A stretch of 64,000 nucleotides of DNA, taken from positions 130,697-194,696 of the forward strand of contig MU619245.1 of assembly GCA_025201805.1 (NCBI GenBank). The letters run 5' to 3'. The notes below the pieces were generated by a model. The model saw only the letters and a list, made by a program, of their open reading frames with translations, had not been told where the DNA came from and ran no database searches. This DNA comes from Parasitella parasitica NRRL 2501. Lineage: Eukaryota > Fungi > Mucoromycota. This document shows, one piece after another, positions 37,710-49,149 of this stretch. Position 1 is the stretch's first letter; every line of letters starts with the position of its first letter. A program made the translations under genes and the position numbers.

Positions 37710-38370
37710 AGGGCTATTTTATTTACAAAACTGTTGTTGCAAAATATCTTTATGAGTTGCTGTTCTGTTTATGAAGATTTGCTTTTGCTGTTGACTGAAA
37801 TGTAGTGATACGCGACAATTAAAACCATAGTAACAACGCCAAGAGAATTGGCAATAAGGGTGAGTTGGGTATCTGTGATCATTGCAGAGAATTCTACATT
37901 GTAATGTGGTTAGATTAAGACGTAGAAAGCTATGAGAGAAAGTCTTACGCTTAATATTGTTAATTATTTTTTCTTGTATAAAAAGAAAGACTCCAAAAGA
38001 AAGACAGTGGGATACAAAGTTGAAATTGATAATTTCCAGCCAATTCAATCTCAAACGCTTGTCTTGCTCCTGCTGGAATTGGCTTGTTGTAGTCAATTAA
38101 AGACTTCATTCAATTACGCTACTGATAAAAGACAGGAAATTTAGCTATTGAAATTTCTTTTTTTTTTTATTTGCTTAGTTTCGTTGATCAGGACGCCAAC
38201 ATGCATAATAGCCATTTAATACACCAACCCAACCCATTTTCGCCAAATTAATGTCTTTACTGATTCTAGAATGGACAAAGAACAAGGTTTATTTAAAATT
38301 AATGTGTATATATCTATGTATGTGTGATGAAGCTATTAGAAAATGTGTTCGTAAAGCATTACATGCAGTT

Positions 38371-40658
38371 TCAGGCAGCAGAAAATGACGAGCTCGCTTC
38401 TTTGTTTTCAACGGTATACCCACCTTGTCCGTCCAGACGAACAACAGTACTATGAAAGTCAACTACGTTAGGATGATGACTGACGCTGATAACAGTTGTT
38501 CCCATGTTGATGACTGCCTGATATAGATAGTCTTCGGTATCTTTGTCCATAGCGCTAGTTGCTTCGTCCAGTACTGCGTATTCACATCTACTTGTTAGTA
38601 TATGTTGTTTGATCCTCTTTGGCTTGCCATAACAGCCTATACATACTTGTAAAACTTGGTTTCCAATAAAACACGCGAGCAAATACTAGGCGTTGTTGCT
38701 CACCAGGCGATAGCATCTTGGACCATTCTTGACTATACACAGTGTCATAAGATCTCACCAATCCTGCCAAATGGCTCAAGCGAACGCTTTGTAGCAGCTG
38801 CACAATCTCTTGATCTGTAACTGTAACTGTCGTTAGTAGATTTGGCTACGATCACACGCTGATCAGTGAATCTTACTAGTAGCAGCTGGTGTTGTGTTTG
38901 GATATAGAATCTGATCTCTTAATGACCCATCAATCAAATAAGGCAACTGAGGAAGGAAAATGATATCTCTGCCGAACGTAACTCTAGGAACAAGCACTCT
39001 GCCTTCGCTACAAGGCCATAAGCCAGCTAGAGAGCGAAGAATCGAGGTTTTACCAGATCCGTTAGGGCCTACAAATGCCACATGGTCACCTTGGTAGATT
39101 TTCAGATTCAAATCATGTACAATCAATTTACAACGAGGTGAAAAGAGAGAAACGCTTTCGAATTCAATGACATCGTCGCTCTGCTCTTCTTTTCTGCGAG
39201 AGTGATCAGTCCCGATGCTCTCAACTTCGACAGCTACTCTATCCAATGCTTCCAACAGTTCGCCGATACGGGCAGTAAAACCCGCTAGATCTGACACCTT
39301 GCTTGACTGCTCAATCATGGTGGAAAACAGGTAGATCAAGTACATGGCAACAAACGAGTTCTACGCAAATTTAGTAAATATACACACATATGCAGGTCTT
39401 CATAATTCAAAATCTCAGGTCTACATACTGCGCTGATAATGGCACTCAGTTCAGAAGCATCTTTTCCGTCAAATGCACCAGCAAAAATGGGGATAGCAAT
39501 GATTAAGTAACTAAGGATAGATCCCAAATAGGAAAAACTCTCATTTGCCACTGCGTAAAGAATGTTTTAGCTTTTTAAGGGGAACCGTAATAATAAATTA
39601 AAAACTTACTTTTGAGGGGGAGCTCCTTGTTCACAATAGTGCGCTGATATGTCAAAAGCGTGTCCAGACTATGCTGTGCTCTGCTGTTCTCCTCTTTTTC
39701 GCCGTCGCAAAAGGCGATGGATTCCGCGTATTGTCGCAGTCTGACGTGCAGATAGCGAAAATTTCCCTCTTGCAGTTCTTTGAAAAATACGGCGTTGACA
39801 ATGGGCTGGATGAATTTGCGGCTTACAAGAGAGCCAAACAAGAAATAGACGTAGATCAAAAGAGGCCCACCAAACCCAGTGACGATCCAGCATTTGTAGG
39901 TGTAATAGACGACCATGATAGGCGCAATAATCAGACTGGTGACAATTTGGCGCAGCGTTTCTGCAAATTTCTCGATATCTTGGGTAATTCGTTGATCTCT
40001 ACACACAAAGAATTAACATCTGTAAATGTCAAGTTACACAGAAATTTGATCACAATGTTTATGTGGGGATGATATTTACGGATTATCGATTCTTTCATAA
40101 TTCATAACAAGGGTATACATGGCTTTTGGTTTGATATACTTTTCTTGAAAATGGATTGTCAGCAACTTTCTTGCTTTCAATGCAAATAGGCCACCCATGA
40201 AATTCAGAAAACTTTTACACTTGATGTTGAAATTATTAATACATGCTTAAATACATACATCGAAAACTTACTGCTGCTGTACTGAAGACAAGCAAGAGGC
40301 AGGGAAAGATGTACTTTGAAAATCCAATGATATCTCGGCTAGTCAAAATAGAGTAGAACCGACTGGGTATCATGCCCACAAAATACACCAGCACTTCGTA
40401 GCCAATGCTCAGGGCGATAAACGTCATGTATAGCCAGAACAGGCTATGCTTGCGAGCCTCTCTCGTAGTAGACCATGGCCTGTGTACATGGCTGCTTTTG
40501 AAAAGAATCTTCAACAAACGAAAAAGCCGTCTGAAAAACACACAATCAAAACTATATGTTGATTTAGTCGATGCTTTTTCTTCAATGTCTTCAATGTCAT
40601 TTCGCTGATTGAGAATTGGCTGGCTTTCTGAGAAAGAGTCTAGTCTTTCATGTCTCAT
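38371..40658 (-). CDS. ABCD4: ABC subfamily D half-transporter, ABCD4-like (vacuolar/lysosomal cobalamin exporter)
   Basis: Walker A GPNGSGKT, signature LSPGEQQR and Walker B VLDEATS. ABCD4-type N-terminus 'FDCVFFRRLFRLLKILF...VYFVGMIPSRFY', plus 'DQRITQD' and the EAA loop 'EGNFRYLHVRLRQYAESIAF'. Confidence 0.85.
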
Positions 40659-41238
40659 TTTCTAGGGGAAGGGTTTAATTTCTTTAATTAGAAAAGGGAA
40701 AAGAAGAGAAATTTTTTTGCTTTCTTACACCTACTCTTTTTTTTTTTTTTTGAATTTCTCAGATGGGGACATGTAGATGGACATCAGATGCCCCCATCAT
40801 CAGTGATCTTAAATTTGTTTTACCGATCATTCAAATACTGCAAACAATAACATGCATGCAGCTGCTCTCACTTCTAGAAAATAACGGATATGAGGATCCG
40901 AAAATTGCAAAATTCACCACAAGAATTTGCTGTATGTTTTGTCTTGCATCAAAAGCCCCTTTTAATGAGAAAAAGGACCGATAGAAGTATTGAGTTTAAA
41001 TCATGGATCAAGCACTGCCGTATGATTGTTGCAGTATTTTTGTGTACACCGGAAGTTCGCATACTGATCCCAAGAAGTATATCCAATGCATGAGCCCTCC
41101 TTGTTTGAAAAAAAAGAAAAAGAGTCTTTGTAAATTTTAACGAGGGTGAGACATACACTTTGTTCATATTCCATCAAGACATCCGCAATACCCCGCTTGG
41201 ATGTTCATAATAAATACAGACTCGATAAACATCTCTGA

Positions 41239-41270
<32 letters not shown>

Positions 41271-41299
41271 NNNNNNNNNNAAAAATACAACTGTTTAGA

Positions 41300-42187
41300 A
41301 TGTTGCAGCAACAGCAGTTCATATCCTACTCAATTGCCATGGTTACGCCTTTCACTGTGGAAGGCGATCTCTGCACCGAATCCATTCCTGAGCTTGTCAA
41401 CTTCTACATCAACAAGCTGGAAGCGCCCGGATTACTAATCAGTGGAAGTACTGGCGAACAACACTGCATGACGATAGCCGAAAGAAAGCAACTGTACCAA
41501 ATTGTTGCTGACTCGGTATCTAATGATTTTCCCTTGTATGCTGGCGTTGCTGCATTCAAAACCAAGGATGCCATCGAGTTGGCTCAGGCTGCTCAAAAAT
41601 CTGGCTTTGCTGGCATCATGCTCGGAGTTCCTCCATACCGCTTGCCTTCTCAGCGTGAAATCAAACAATATGTCATCGATGTAGCCAAGTCTACCAAATT
41701 ATCCATCTTTTTGTACAATAACCCCAGCGGCAACGGGATCCAGATTGAGCCCGAGACGTACGCTGGTATCGTCGATGCCTCAGCCAATGTTTTTGGCTTG
41801 AAAGAAGTAGGTAATCCCAATAATGTGATCAAGATTAAGGAGCTCTTGGGGGACAAAGCGGGACAGCATACTTTCTTCACAGGAATAGATGAAGAGTATG
41901 CCGAAGCTTACACTGAGCAAGGCTATACTGGCATCACTTCTGTTGCTGGGAATGTGTTTCCCAAGGAAATGAAGCAAGCGGTGAGCTATTTGCATAGCAA
42001 TCAAACGGAGAAAGGAAAAGAGCTGCTGGCTACTCTGGTTCCCAAGATCCAGGTACTGCTGGATGCCGGGCTGCTCCAAAGTGTAAAGTACATTTTGAGA
42101 AAGCGTGGTGCTCCTGCCGGATTTTGCCCTCCTCCACTCATGGGACCCACAGAAGAAGACAGAGCACGCCTTGATGCATTTGTATAG
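41300..42187 (+). CDS. Intronless DHDPS/NAL-superfamily (DapA-like) class I aldolase
   Basis: 'AMVTPF', 'GSTGE', 'LYNNP' (catalytic Tyr) and 'GLKE' (Schiff-base Lys) in a single 295-codon exon. Confidence 0.9.
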   Translation: MLQQQQFISYSIAMVTPFTVEGDLCTESIPELVNFYINKLEAPGLLISGSTGEQHCMTIAERKQLYQIVADSVSNDFPLYAGVAAFKTKDAIELAQAAQKSGFAGIMLGVPPYRLPSQREIKQYVIDVAKSTKLSIFLYNNPSGNGIQIEPETYAGIVDASANVFGLKEVGNPNNVIKIKELLGDKAGQHTFFTGIDEEYAEAYTEQGYTGITSVAGNVFPKEMKQAVSYLHSNQTEKGKELLATLVPKIQVLLDAGLLQSVKYILRKRGAPAGFCPPPLMGPTEEDRARLDAFV

Positions 42188-42461
42188 TTGAACACCGCCT
42201 ACATAATAAACATACCGTGCTTCTTGCATTGCGAGTTACATTTAAGGCTTCTTGGCGGTCTGGGCTGCGTGGCTCGAGTAAAATCTGCAATGCTCATGAT
42301 CACTTGAATAAAGGCCTTGTTGGCAAAGTTACAGACAAGCGAATATAGGGGAAAGGAGCGAGGGACTTGAAAAATCACAAACAAAAAGATTGCATTTTGT
42401 TTCGCTTTTCTTCTCTTGTTTCTTTATTTTACTGCTATATACACATAACTCAACACCATCA

Positions 42462-43190
42462 ATGCGGAGAGCTGAAAATATTCAATCACAAATGAACTTG
42501 GAATTCAAAAAGATGGATGAAATGTACGCTAACGACGAGTTCAGAGTATTCGGTAAAACCCTAAAATGCAAGTTATTTAAACGGTTTGCTCATCATCCCA
42601 AGTAGGCAGTAATACAAGCAGACTATTCAAAGAAATCGACATTATCAGAAGAAAACAGATTGAATTAGCAAATGATCATATAAATCTCGAGGTTCTAGAT
42701 GAGACATCGTATGTATTAGATTATAAGCAACTTTTTGTGCGTTGACTGACATACTAGGCCACAAGACCACACGTATCAGGTGACATGGAAGAGGACTACA
42801 AGCGAAATATGGCTTATTTCAACATAAAAGAAATGGCATTGAAGAATTTAGGAGATAAGCTGGATACTCTGGGACAAATAATGTAATTGGAATGTCACAA
42901 CAACAGCTTGTTAGATAGACACTGATGCCTAGTTTTGTAGATCAGATTTCCGTGATAAAACAGAGTCGAACCCGCATATCAGAGACGTTATCCAAGAGCC
43001 TGCTGTTGAACCAACATCTTTGACGCACCCTAGAGAATTTTTTGCTGCCATAAATGCATTAAGAGACGAGCGTTGTTCCCAGACATCATCGCCATCTACC
43101 ACTGAGATACCAACGGCTAGCACTTCTGTCCTTAAAGAATCTGTTCCTACGCTCTCACTTGACCAAAGTCCTAGTTTAGAAGAATCCTAA
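42462..43190 (+). CDS. Small coiled-coil hypothetical protein (4 exons)
   Basis: Spliced frame MRRAENIQSQMNLEFKKMDEMYANDEFRVFGSNTSRLFKEIDIIRRKQIELANDHINLE... with GT-AG introns and stop at 43190. Confidence 0.65.
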
Positions 43191-43410
43191 ACGTTCAATA
43201 AAGCATTTATAAATTGTTATTTAGTCTTGTAAAGATGATTGCCACTAATGTTTGCTGATATTATTGAAGAATTGGATGTACTTGAACAAGCCACCTGTCA
43301 AATTCAAGCAAAACCTTTTTCTTTTTTTTTTNNNNNNNNNNNNNNNNNNNNNNNNNNNNNNNNNNNNNNNNNNNNNNNNNNTTTTTCCTTCTTTGCTTTA
43401 GCTTTCTGTC

Positions 43411-46298
43411 ATGAAATCATCTTATAAGGTAACAATAAATTATGAGAATATTTCATCTTTGCACAAACTAACGACTAGCGTATGTAGTTCTCCAACCTAT
43501 TAGGCACTGTATACACAGGAGCAAATGTCCTTTTCACACCCGATGGTAATTCAGTATTGAGCCCAGTGGGGAATCGTGTTTCTATGTTTGATCTCGTCAA
43601 GTAAGAGTTAGATGTGTTGTCATGGCAACCATGGAGAGACTTACAATCATGAAATAGCAATACGTCTTGTACGCTTCCCTTTGAAATGCGCAAAAACATT
43701 GATCGAATGGCGCTTTCACCTAACGGGACACTTCTAGTTACTGTCGATAAAGGTAATACAGGTTTCGTTGAACGTCTTGATTTACTAAACAGAGAATGAA
43801 TTAGATGGCAGAGCACTTTTGATCAATTTGCCTCGAAGAGCTGTACTGCATCATATGAACTTTAAAGCTAGAGCCCGAGCCATCCAATTCAGCCCTGATG
43901 GCAAATATTTTGCAATCACCAGTGATAGAACTGTCAACGTCTGGAAAGCACCCGGTTATACTCGAGAATTTGCACCCTTCGTTCTTTACTTCACAGCGCT
44001 TGGACATCACGATGCCGTTACAAACATTAATTGGAGCCCTGATTCGAGATTCTTCATCACTGCGTCTAAAGATATGACATGTCGAATTTATACAGTTGAC
44101 AGATCCATCAATTTTGAGCCTTCGTCTCTTTCTGGCCATCGTGATTACATTGTCAATGCCTGGTTCTCTGCTGATATGAAAAATGTAAGTTGTTTTACTT
44201 TGCCACTGTCGAGCACCGTACTAAGCTCCCAGACTACCAGATCTATTCCATCAGTAGAGACGGATCTTTGTTTCAATGGAAAAATTCAACATATGCAGCC
44301 ATGCACGAGGATTCGGATACGGAGATGGTCGAAGTAGATGACAACGGCAACGAAATTATGCGTGTGGATAAAGTGAAATGGAGGATTCTAAAGAAGAACT
44401 ATTTCAATAGCGTCAGCATTAAAGTCACCGAGGCGCAATTCTTTGCAGCTAGCAATCTCGTAGTCGTTGGCTTCGAAAATGGCCTCTTTGGTATCTACGA
44501 AGTGCCTGAGTTTACAACAATCCATACGCTGAGCATATCACAAAAGAAGATTGACACCGTCGCCATCAATGCCACTGGCGAATGGCTTGCATTTGGCTCG
44601 GCAGCCCTGGGCCAATTATTGGTTTGGGAATGGCAATCCGAGACTTATGTGTTGAAGCAGCAAGGCCATTATTACGACATTAATTCAGTCAGCTATTCAG
44701 GAGATGGACAGTCCTTAGCCACAGGTGGCGACGACGGTAAGGTCAAGGTCTGGAGTACTGCAAGTGGGTTTTGCTTTGTGACATTCAGCGAACACACAAG
44801 TGGTGTCAATGCTGTCGAGTTTGCCAAGCAAGGGCAGGTCTTGTTCTCTGCTAGTTTAGACGGTACTGTCCGTGCATTCGATCTAGTGCGCTATCGTAAC
44901 TTCAGAACTTTCACTAGCCCCAATCCTGTTCAGTTCACCTGTCTTGCTGTTGATCCCAGTGGAGAAATCGTCTGCGCGGGCACTATGGATACATTTGAAA
45001 TCTACGTCTGGAGTGTTCAGACCGGTAAGTTGCTCGATATTTTGGCTGGCCACACAGGCCCTGTCAGTTCGTTGGCTTTCTCTCCTACGGGCATGATGCT
45101 CGTCAGTGGCAGTTGGGATCATTCTGCACGTACCTGGGATGTGTTTGGTCGCACAAAGAGCATAGAACCCCTCGTCCATCAAACCGAAGTGTTGGCTGTT
45201 GCTTTTAAGCCGGATGGCAAGGAGATTGCTGCTGCTACTTTGGATGGCAACATCACATTCTGGGATATCCAAGAAGCAAACGTGATTGGCACTATTGACG
45301 GGCGTAAAGATATCATGGGTGGCCGTAAGAAAGACGACCGCACTTCCTCGGAAAACGCTGCTTCTGGCAAGTGCTTCAATAGTATCTGCTATACGGCTGA
45401 CGGTACAAGTCTAATTGGGTCTGGCACCAGTAAATACATCTGCATCTATGATGTTGCAAGCTCATTTTTGATCAAAAAGTTTACAATTTCCAAGAATCTG
45501 TCGCTAGACGGTACTCAGGAAATGCTAAACTCTAAATACATGACAGAGTTTGGTAGTTTGGAGGAATTAGAGGATGAAGGCTCTGACCGTGAGGAGCGTG
45601 TAGATCTCTCGCTGCCCGGTACAAGATCTGGCGACCTGTCAGTGAGAAATACAAGGCCTGAAATCAAATCCAATGCGGTTCGTTTCTCGCCAACAGGCAG
45701 ATCGTGGGCTGCTGCTACAACAGATGGCCTGATGATTTACTCCCTGGACGAGGATATACTTTTTGATCCATTTGATTTGGAAATTGACATCACACCTGAA
45801 ACTGTGATCGAAGCGCTCGGTGAAAAAGAATACCTCAAATCGCTCTGCATGGCATTTAGATTGAACGAGAAGCCATTACTACACACCGTCTTTGAAAGCG
45901 TCCCCCCAGACTCAGTGGATCTTGTTGCCCGTGGCATGCCTGAAAAGTACCTCTTCAAACTATTATCGTTTGTCGGTATGCATATGGAAACAAGCCCACA
46001 CATTGAATTCCATTTACTATGGGTCACCAGTGCCATGACAGCTCATGGCAGATACCTCCGTGATCACCGTGGACAATTCCAACCAGTGTTTAGAGCATTA
46101 CACAAGGGTGTGAATCGCGTTAGAGATGATATTGCCACATTGTAAGTAGTAGCATTGTTTGTTTAAGATAACCTCCCCCCCCCCAGTTTCTCATACGTTT
46201 TAAACTGTTGTAGATGTGATTCTAATCAGTATACACTCAAATATCTTCTCAATCAACAAGCAATCGCTGCACGCAAAGAGGCTACAATGCAAGAATAA
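43411..46298 (+). CDS. PWP2: WD40 SSU processome component Pwp2/Utp1
   Basis: 'FSNLLGTVY', 'LGQLLVWEWQSETYVLKQQGH', 'AFDLVRYRNFRTFTSP' and 'FDPFDLEIDITP'. Confidence 0.95.
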
Positions 46299-46934
46299 GT
46301 TTGTGGGATTCATTCCTACATACTTCCCCCCCCCCCTATAGGCTTAATACTAAATCACTTCATGTTTGCCCAATCCATCTACCATCACCCCCTTTTTTTT
46401 TTTTTTTGCTTAGTGGCCTCCTCCACATTTTCACAAGTCAACTAATCATATTTTGTATTTCTTTTTCCTGGACCTGTAACCTGTTGATACCAATACAGTA
46501 AGGCAGTTAAATAGAGAAAACCCTAGATTACACCAAATATAAACATGCCGTATTGTTGAATATGATAGAAATGTATTTGTCTCTTCAAAATTTGTGTACA
46601 TGAAAAAGCGAACAAACATTATAAACAGAGATAGCTTATATATCAATGTACATCGTATGATACCTTACATGGTATCATTGCTTAATGAAATATTGACGAT
46701 TTGATCGGCCAAACTTTAAATATAAACTAACCACATGTTGATATATGATGGCATATTCAGTTTGAAATTTTGGTGTCAAAACCAAAAAGGTCATTTTATC
46801 GGTAAATGCAACAAAACTCTTAATATTCTTTTCGGTTTTGGTGAGCAACAGTTATCATAGCACATAACGGCGGTTGGATGTATAAATAGCTGTTATGCTG
46901 CGACTAATACGGCCTCTTTCTCTATTCTATAACC

Positions 46935-47234
46935 ATGAAATACTTGCTACCTGCTTCGATCCTTATCTTTATTACTTCAGCACTTGCTGCTACTATTTCT
47001 CCCAGAGGCACAAGTAAGTATATCTTTTTGTAAAGAGAATCAAGTCATTAGGTAATAATGTATGAATATCAAGCACCGACATGTCCTTCTAGCAGCCCTG
47101 ATTTCTACATTTTGCCTATCCCCTTGAAGGACCCTCTTGCATTTATATATTGTATCCATGGCAACCCTATGCAACTACGCTGTCCTGATGGTTTTTCATA
47201 TTACGACATTTCACAAAATACCTGTGTGTTTTAA
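46935..47234 (+). CDS. 79-aa secreted protein with a chitin-binding type-2 (CBM14/peritrophin-A)-like module
   Basis: Exons 46935-47013 and 47074-47234 give MKYLLPASILIFITSALAATISPRGTTPTCPSSSPDFYILPIPLKDPLAFIYCIHGNPMQLRCPDGFSYYDISQNTCVF*. Signal peptide, upstream TATAAATA and downstream AATAAA. Missing from the ORF track. Confidence 0.75.
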
Positions 47235-47392
47235 TTCTTAAATAAAATAAAAAAAAAAAACGAAGCACGGAACATGTGCTGTTTTTAGTGAATTTCGTTA
47301 GTTTTGAGGATGTGTCAGCACCCCTTTCAAGCAGGCATCATTATGCTGCTAAATAATGTACAAGTTTTATTTGTATGCAATGTTGTGTTAAT

Positions 47393-48047
47393 TTAAAATA
47401 GATGGTTGTAAGCAGCTTTGGTTGTGGTGATAGCAGCCTTAATTCGGTTGAAGTAGCCTTCGAGAGTAGAAGTACCAGAAACGGGAATAAAGACATTGAA
47501 GCATGAATTTAAACTTGAAGACTTGTCATCAAAGGTATTAAGATGGCCTCTGATAAAGATCTTTGAAATGAAGCTATAGCTAGTTTCCTTAGATTTGATA
47601 ATATCTAGAGCGTTTACTATCTTGGGAGTAATAACACCAAGTGTATTCAGAACTTCAGTGCTATCAGAATCCGAAATAACACTCGTAATGGCACAGCAGT
47701 TTAGTTGAACATCATCCATGGCATCGCCCAAGGCATTATAATCGTGGTTTACGTTCAAAAGCCCTCCTTCTGTAACCTACAAGTATTTGAAAATCGGTAA
47801 GCTTATATTTCACACAACCTGATTTCAATCAAACTTACAGATCCTTGCAAAGTAGAAAGTCGGTCTCCAACAGTAGCAAGATTGGTAATGCATGTTTGTA
47901 CATTTGGAGCAGCACGTTTAGTTACCACGGCAGCGGCATTGGCTGCATTTACGGATTAGCTTATGACATGATCTTCTTCGATAAAAATCAATACTAACCT
48001 GAAATAATAAGAGAAAATAGGGCGATGAACAAAGTAGAAAGTTGCAT
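47393..48047 (-). CDS. Secreted hydrophobic surface-binding protein A-like
   Basis: Signal peptide MQLSTLFIALFSLIISANA and Kex2 KR site, then an amphipathic helical body 'SDSTEVLNTLGVITPKIVNALDIIKSKETS...RIKAAITTTKAAY'. 3 exons. Confidence 0.75.
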
Positions 48048-49149
48048 ATTTGTAGTAAAGAGGTATGTATTTCAAAAAAGATACCTAAAGTGCCTTTATA
48101 TACTTTTTTTTTTTCGAGAAATAAAACCAGCCTTTCTATCAATAGAATATCAGGTACCGAAAGTAGGCGCAGAGACTATGAGCCATTCTCCAAGACTCTT
48201 TGAACAGAAAACGTGATAGGGCTGAAGTGTCTTGCGTTTCTGACATTTGCTTCGCATTTAATGCCGAAAAGGTGGAAGGCTTATTATCTTAAATGTTCTA
48301 TTCACGGCATACAATAACGTTATCAGATTTGATATTGACTGGCAAACAATGTGATGAAAACATGTTCTTAATGAAAGCTCGCTCATAAAAATGTTCAATT
48401 AAAAAAAGGGATTGCTGTATTTGTTACATATAAGGTTTTGACGATGTCCTGAAAGCAAATCTTGTTGCTATTCTTCAGCCACCAAGCGGATGCATTTTGG
48501 CTGTTCAAATCGTTTAGGCAGAAATTTTTTCAACAACTGGAATTAGCCAGTCCTTCTAATTGATTTGGATAGATGCAATTGGTGATGTGACAGTATATCA
48601 CTGCGAAAAAATTTTCTAAAATGAAAAGAAAAAACTATAAAAGGATTCACTGAATGCTACGGTTGATAAAACATTTTCTCCCATTTTCATCTTTCCTTTT
48701 TGTATAAAGAGATTGAAAAGGAAAATCAAGCAATTATGGTAAGTTGTCTTTTTTTTTTTTTTTTGGGTTCATTATGAACTCGTAAGAAATATACAAGGCC
48801 TGTGGAGAGATGAAAAACATACATCGTCTTCATTTTATCTTATCGACCATGATGATATAAACCGCAGTGCTTCGCTGAGTGCTGTTGATACTTGCCAGTA
48901 TAACTTCCTGACCACATTTCTTGTATATCTTACTTTAAATAACATTCACATCGAATCGCTTATTAACTTTATTATTTATAGATTTGAATCGTATTTGCTT
49001 GGCTTTCTTTTTCTCTTATGCTTGAGGCTTAGTATCTTTGGGGCTTGTATCTGTCAAAAATAAAGTGCAAAAGGTAATTTTCTATCCTGGTTGGCTTGTT
49101 GTATTGTATATTATCAGTTCACATGATGATGAAATCCCGTGTTCGCAGT

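Noticed and set aside
4519-40658. Apparent cluster of contact-site/peroxisome genes (Pex30-like, GPAT, SCS2, SIP3, PEX8, ABCD)
   Set aside because: Interspersed with unrelated genes over 36 kb, and ABCD4 is not peroxisomal; no evidence of a functional cluster.
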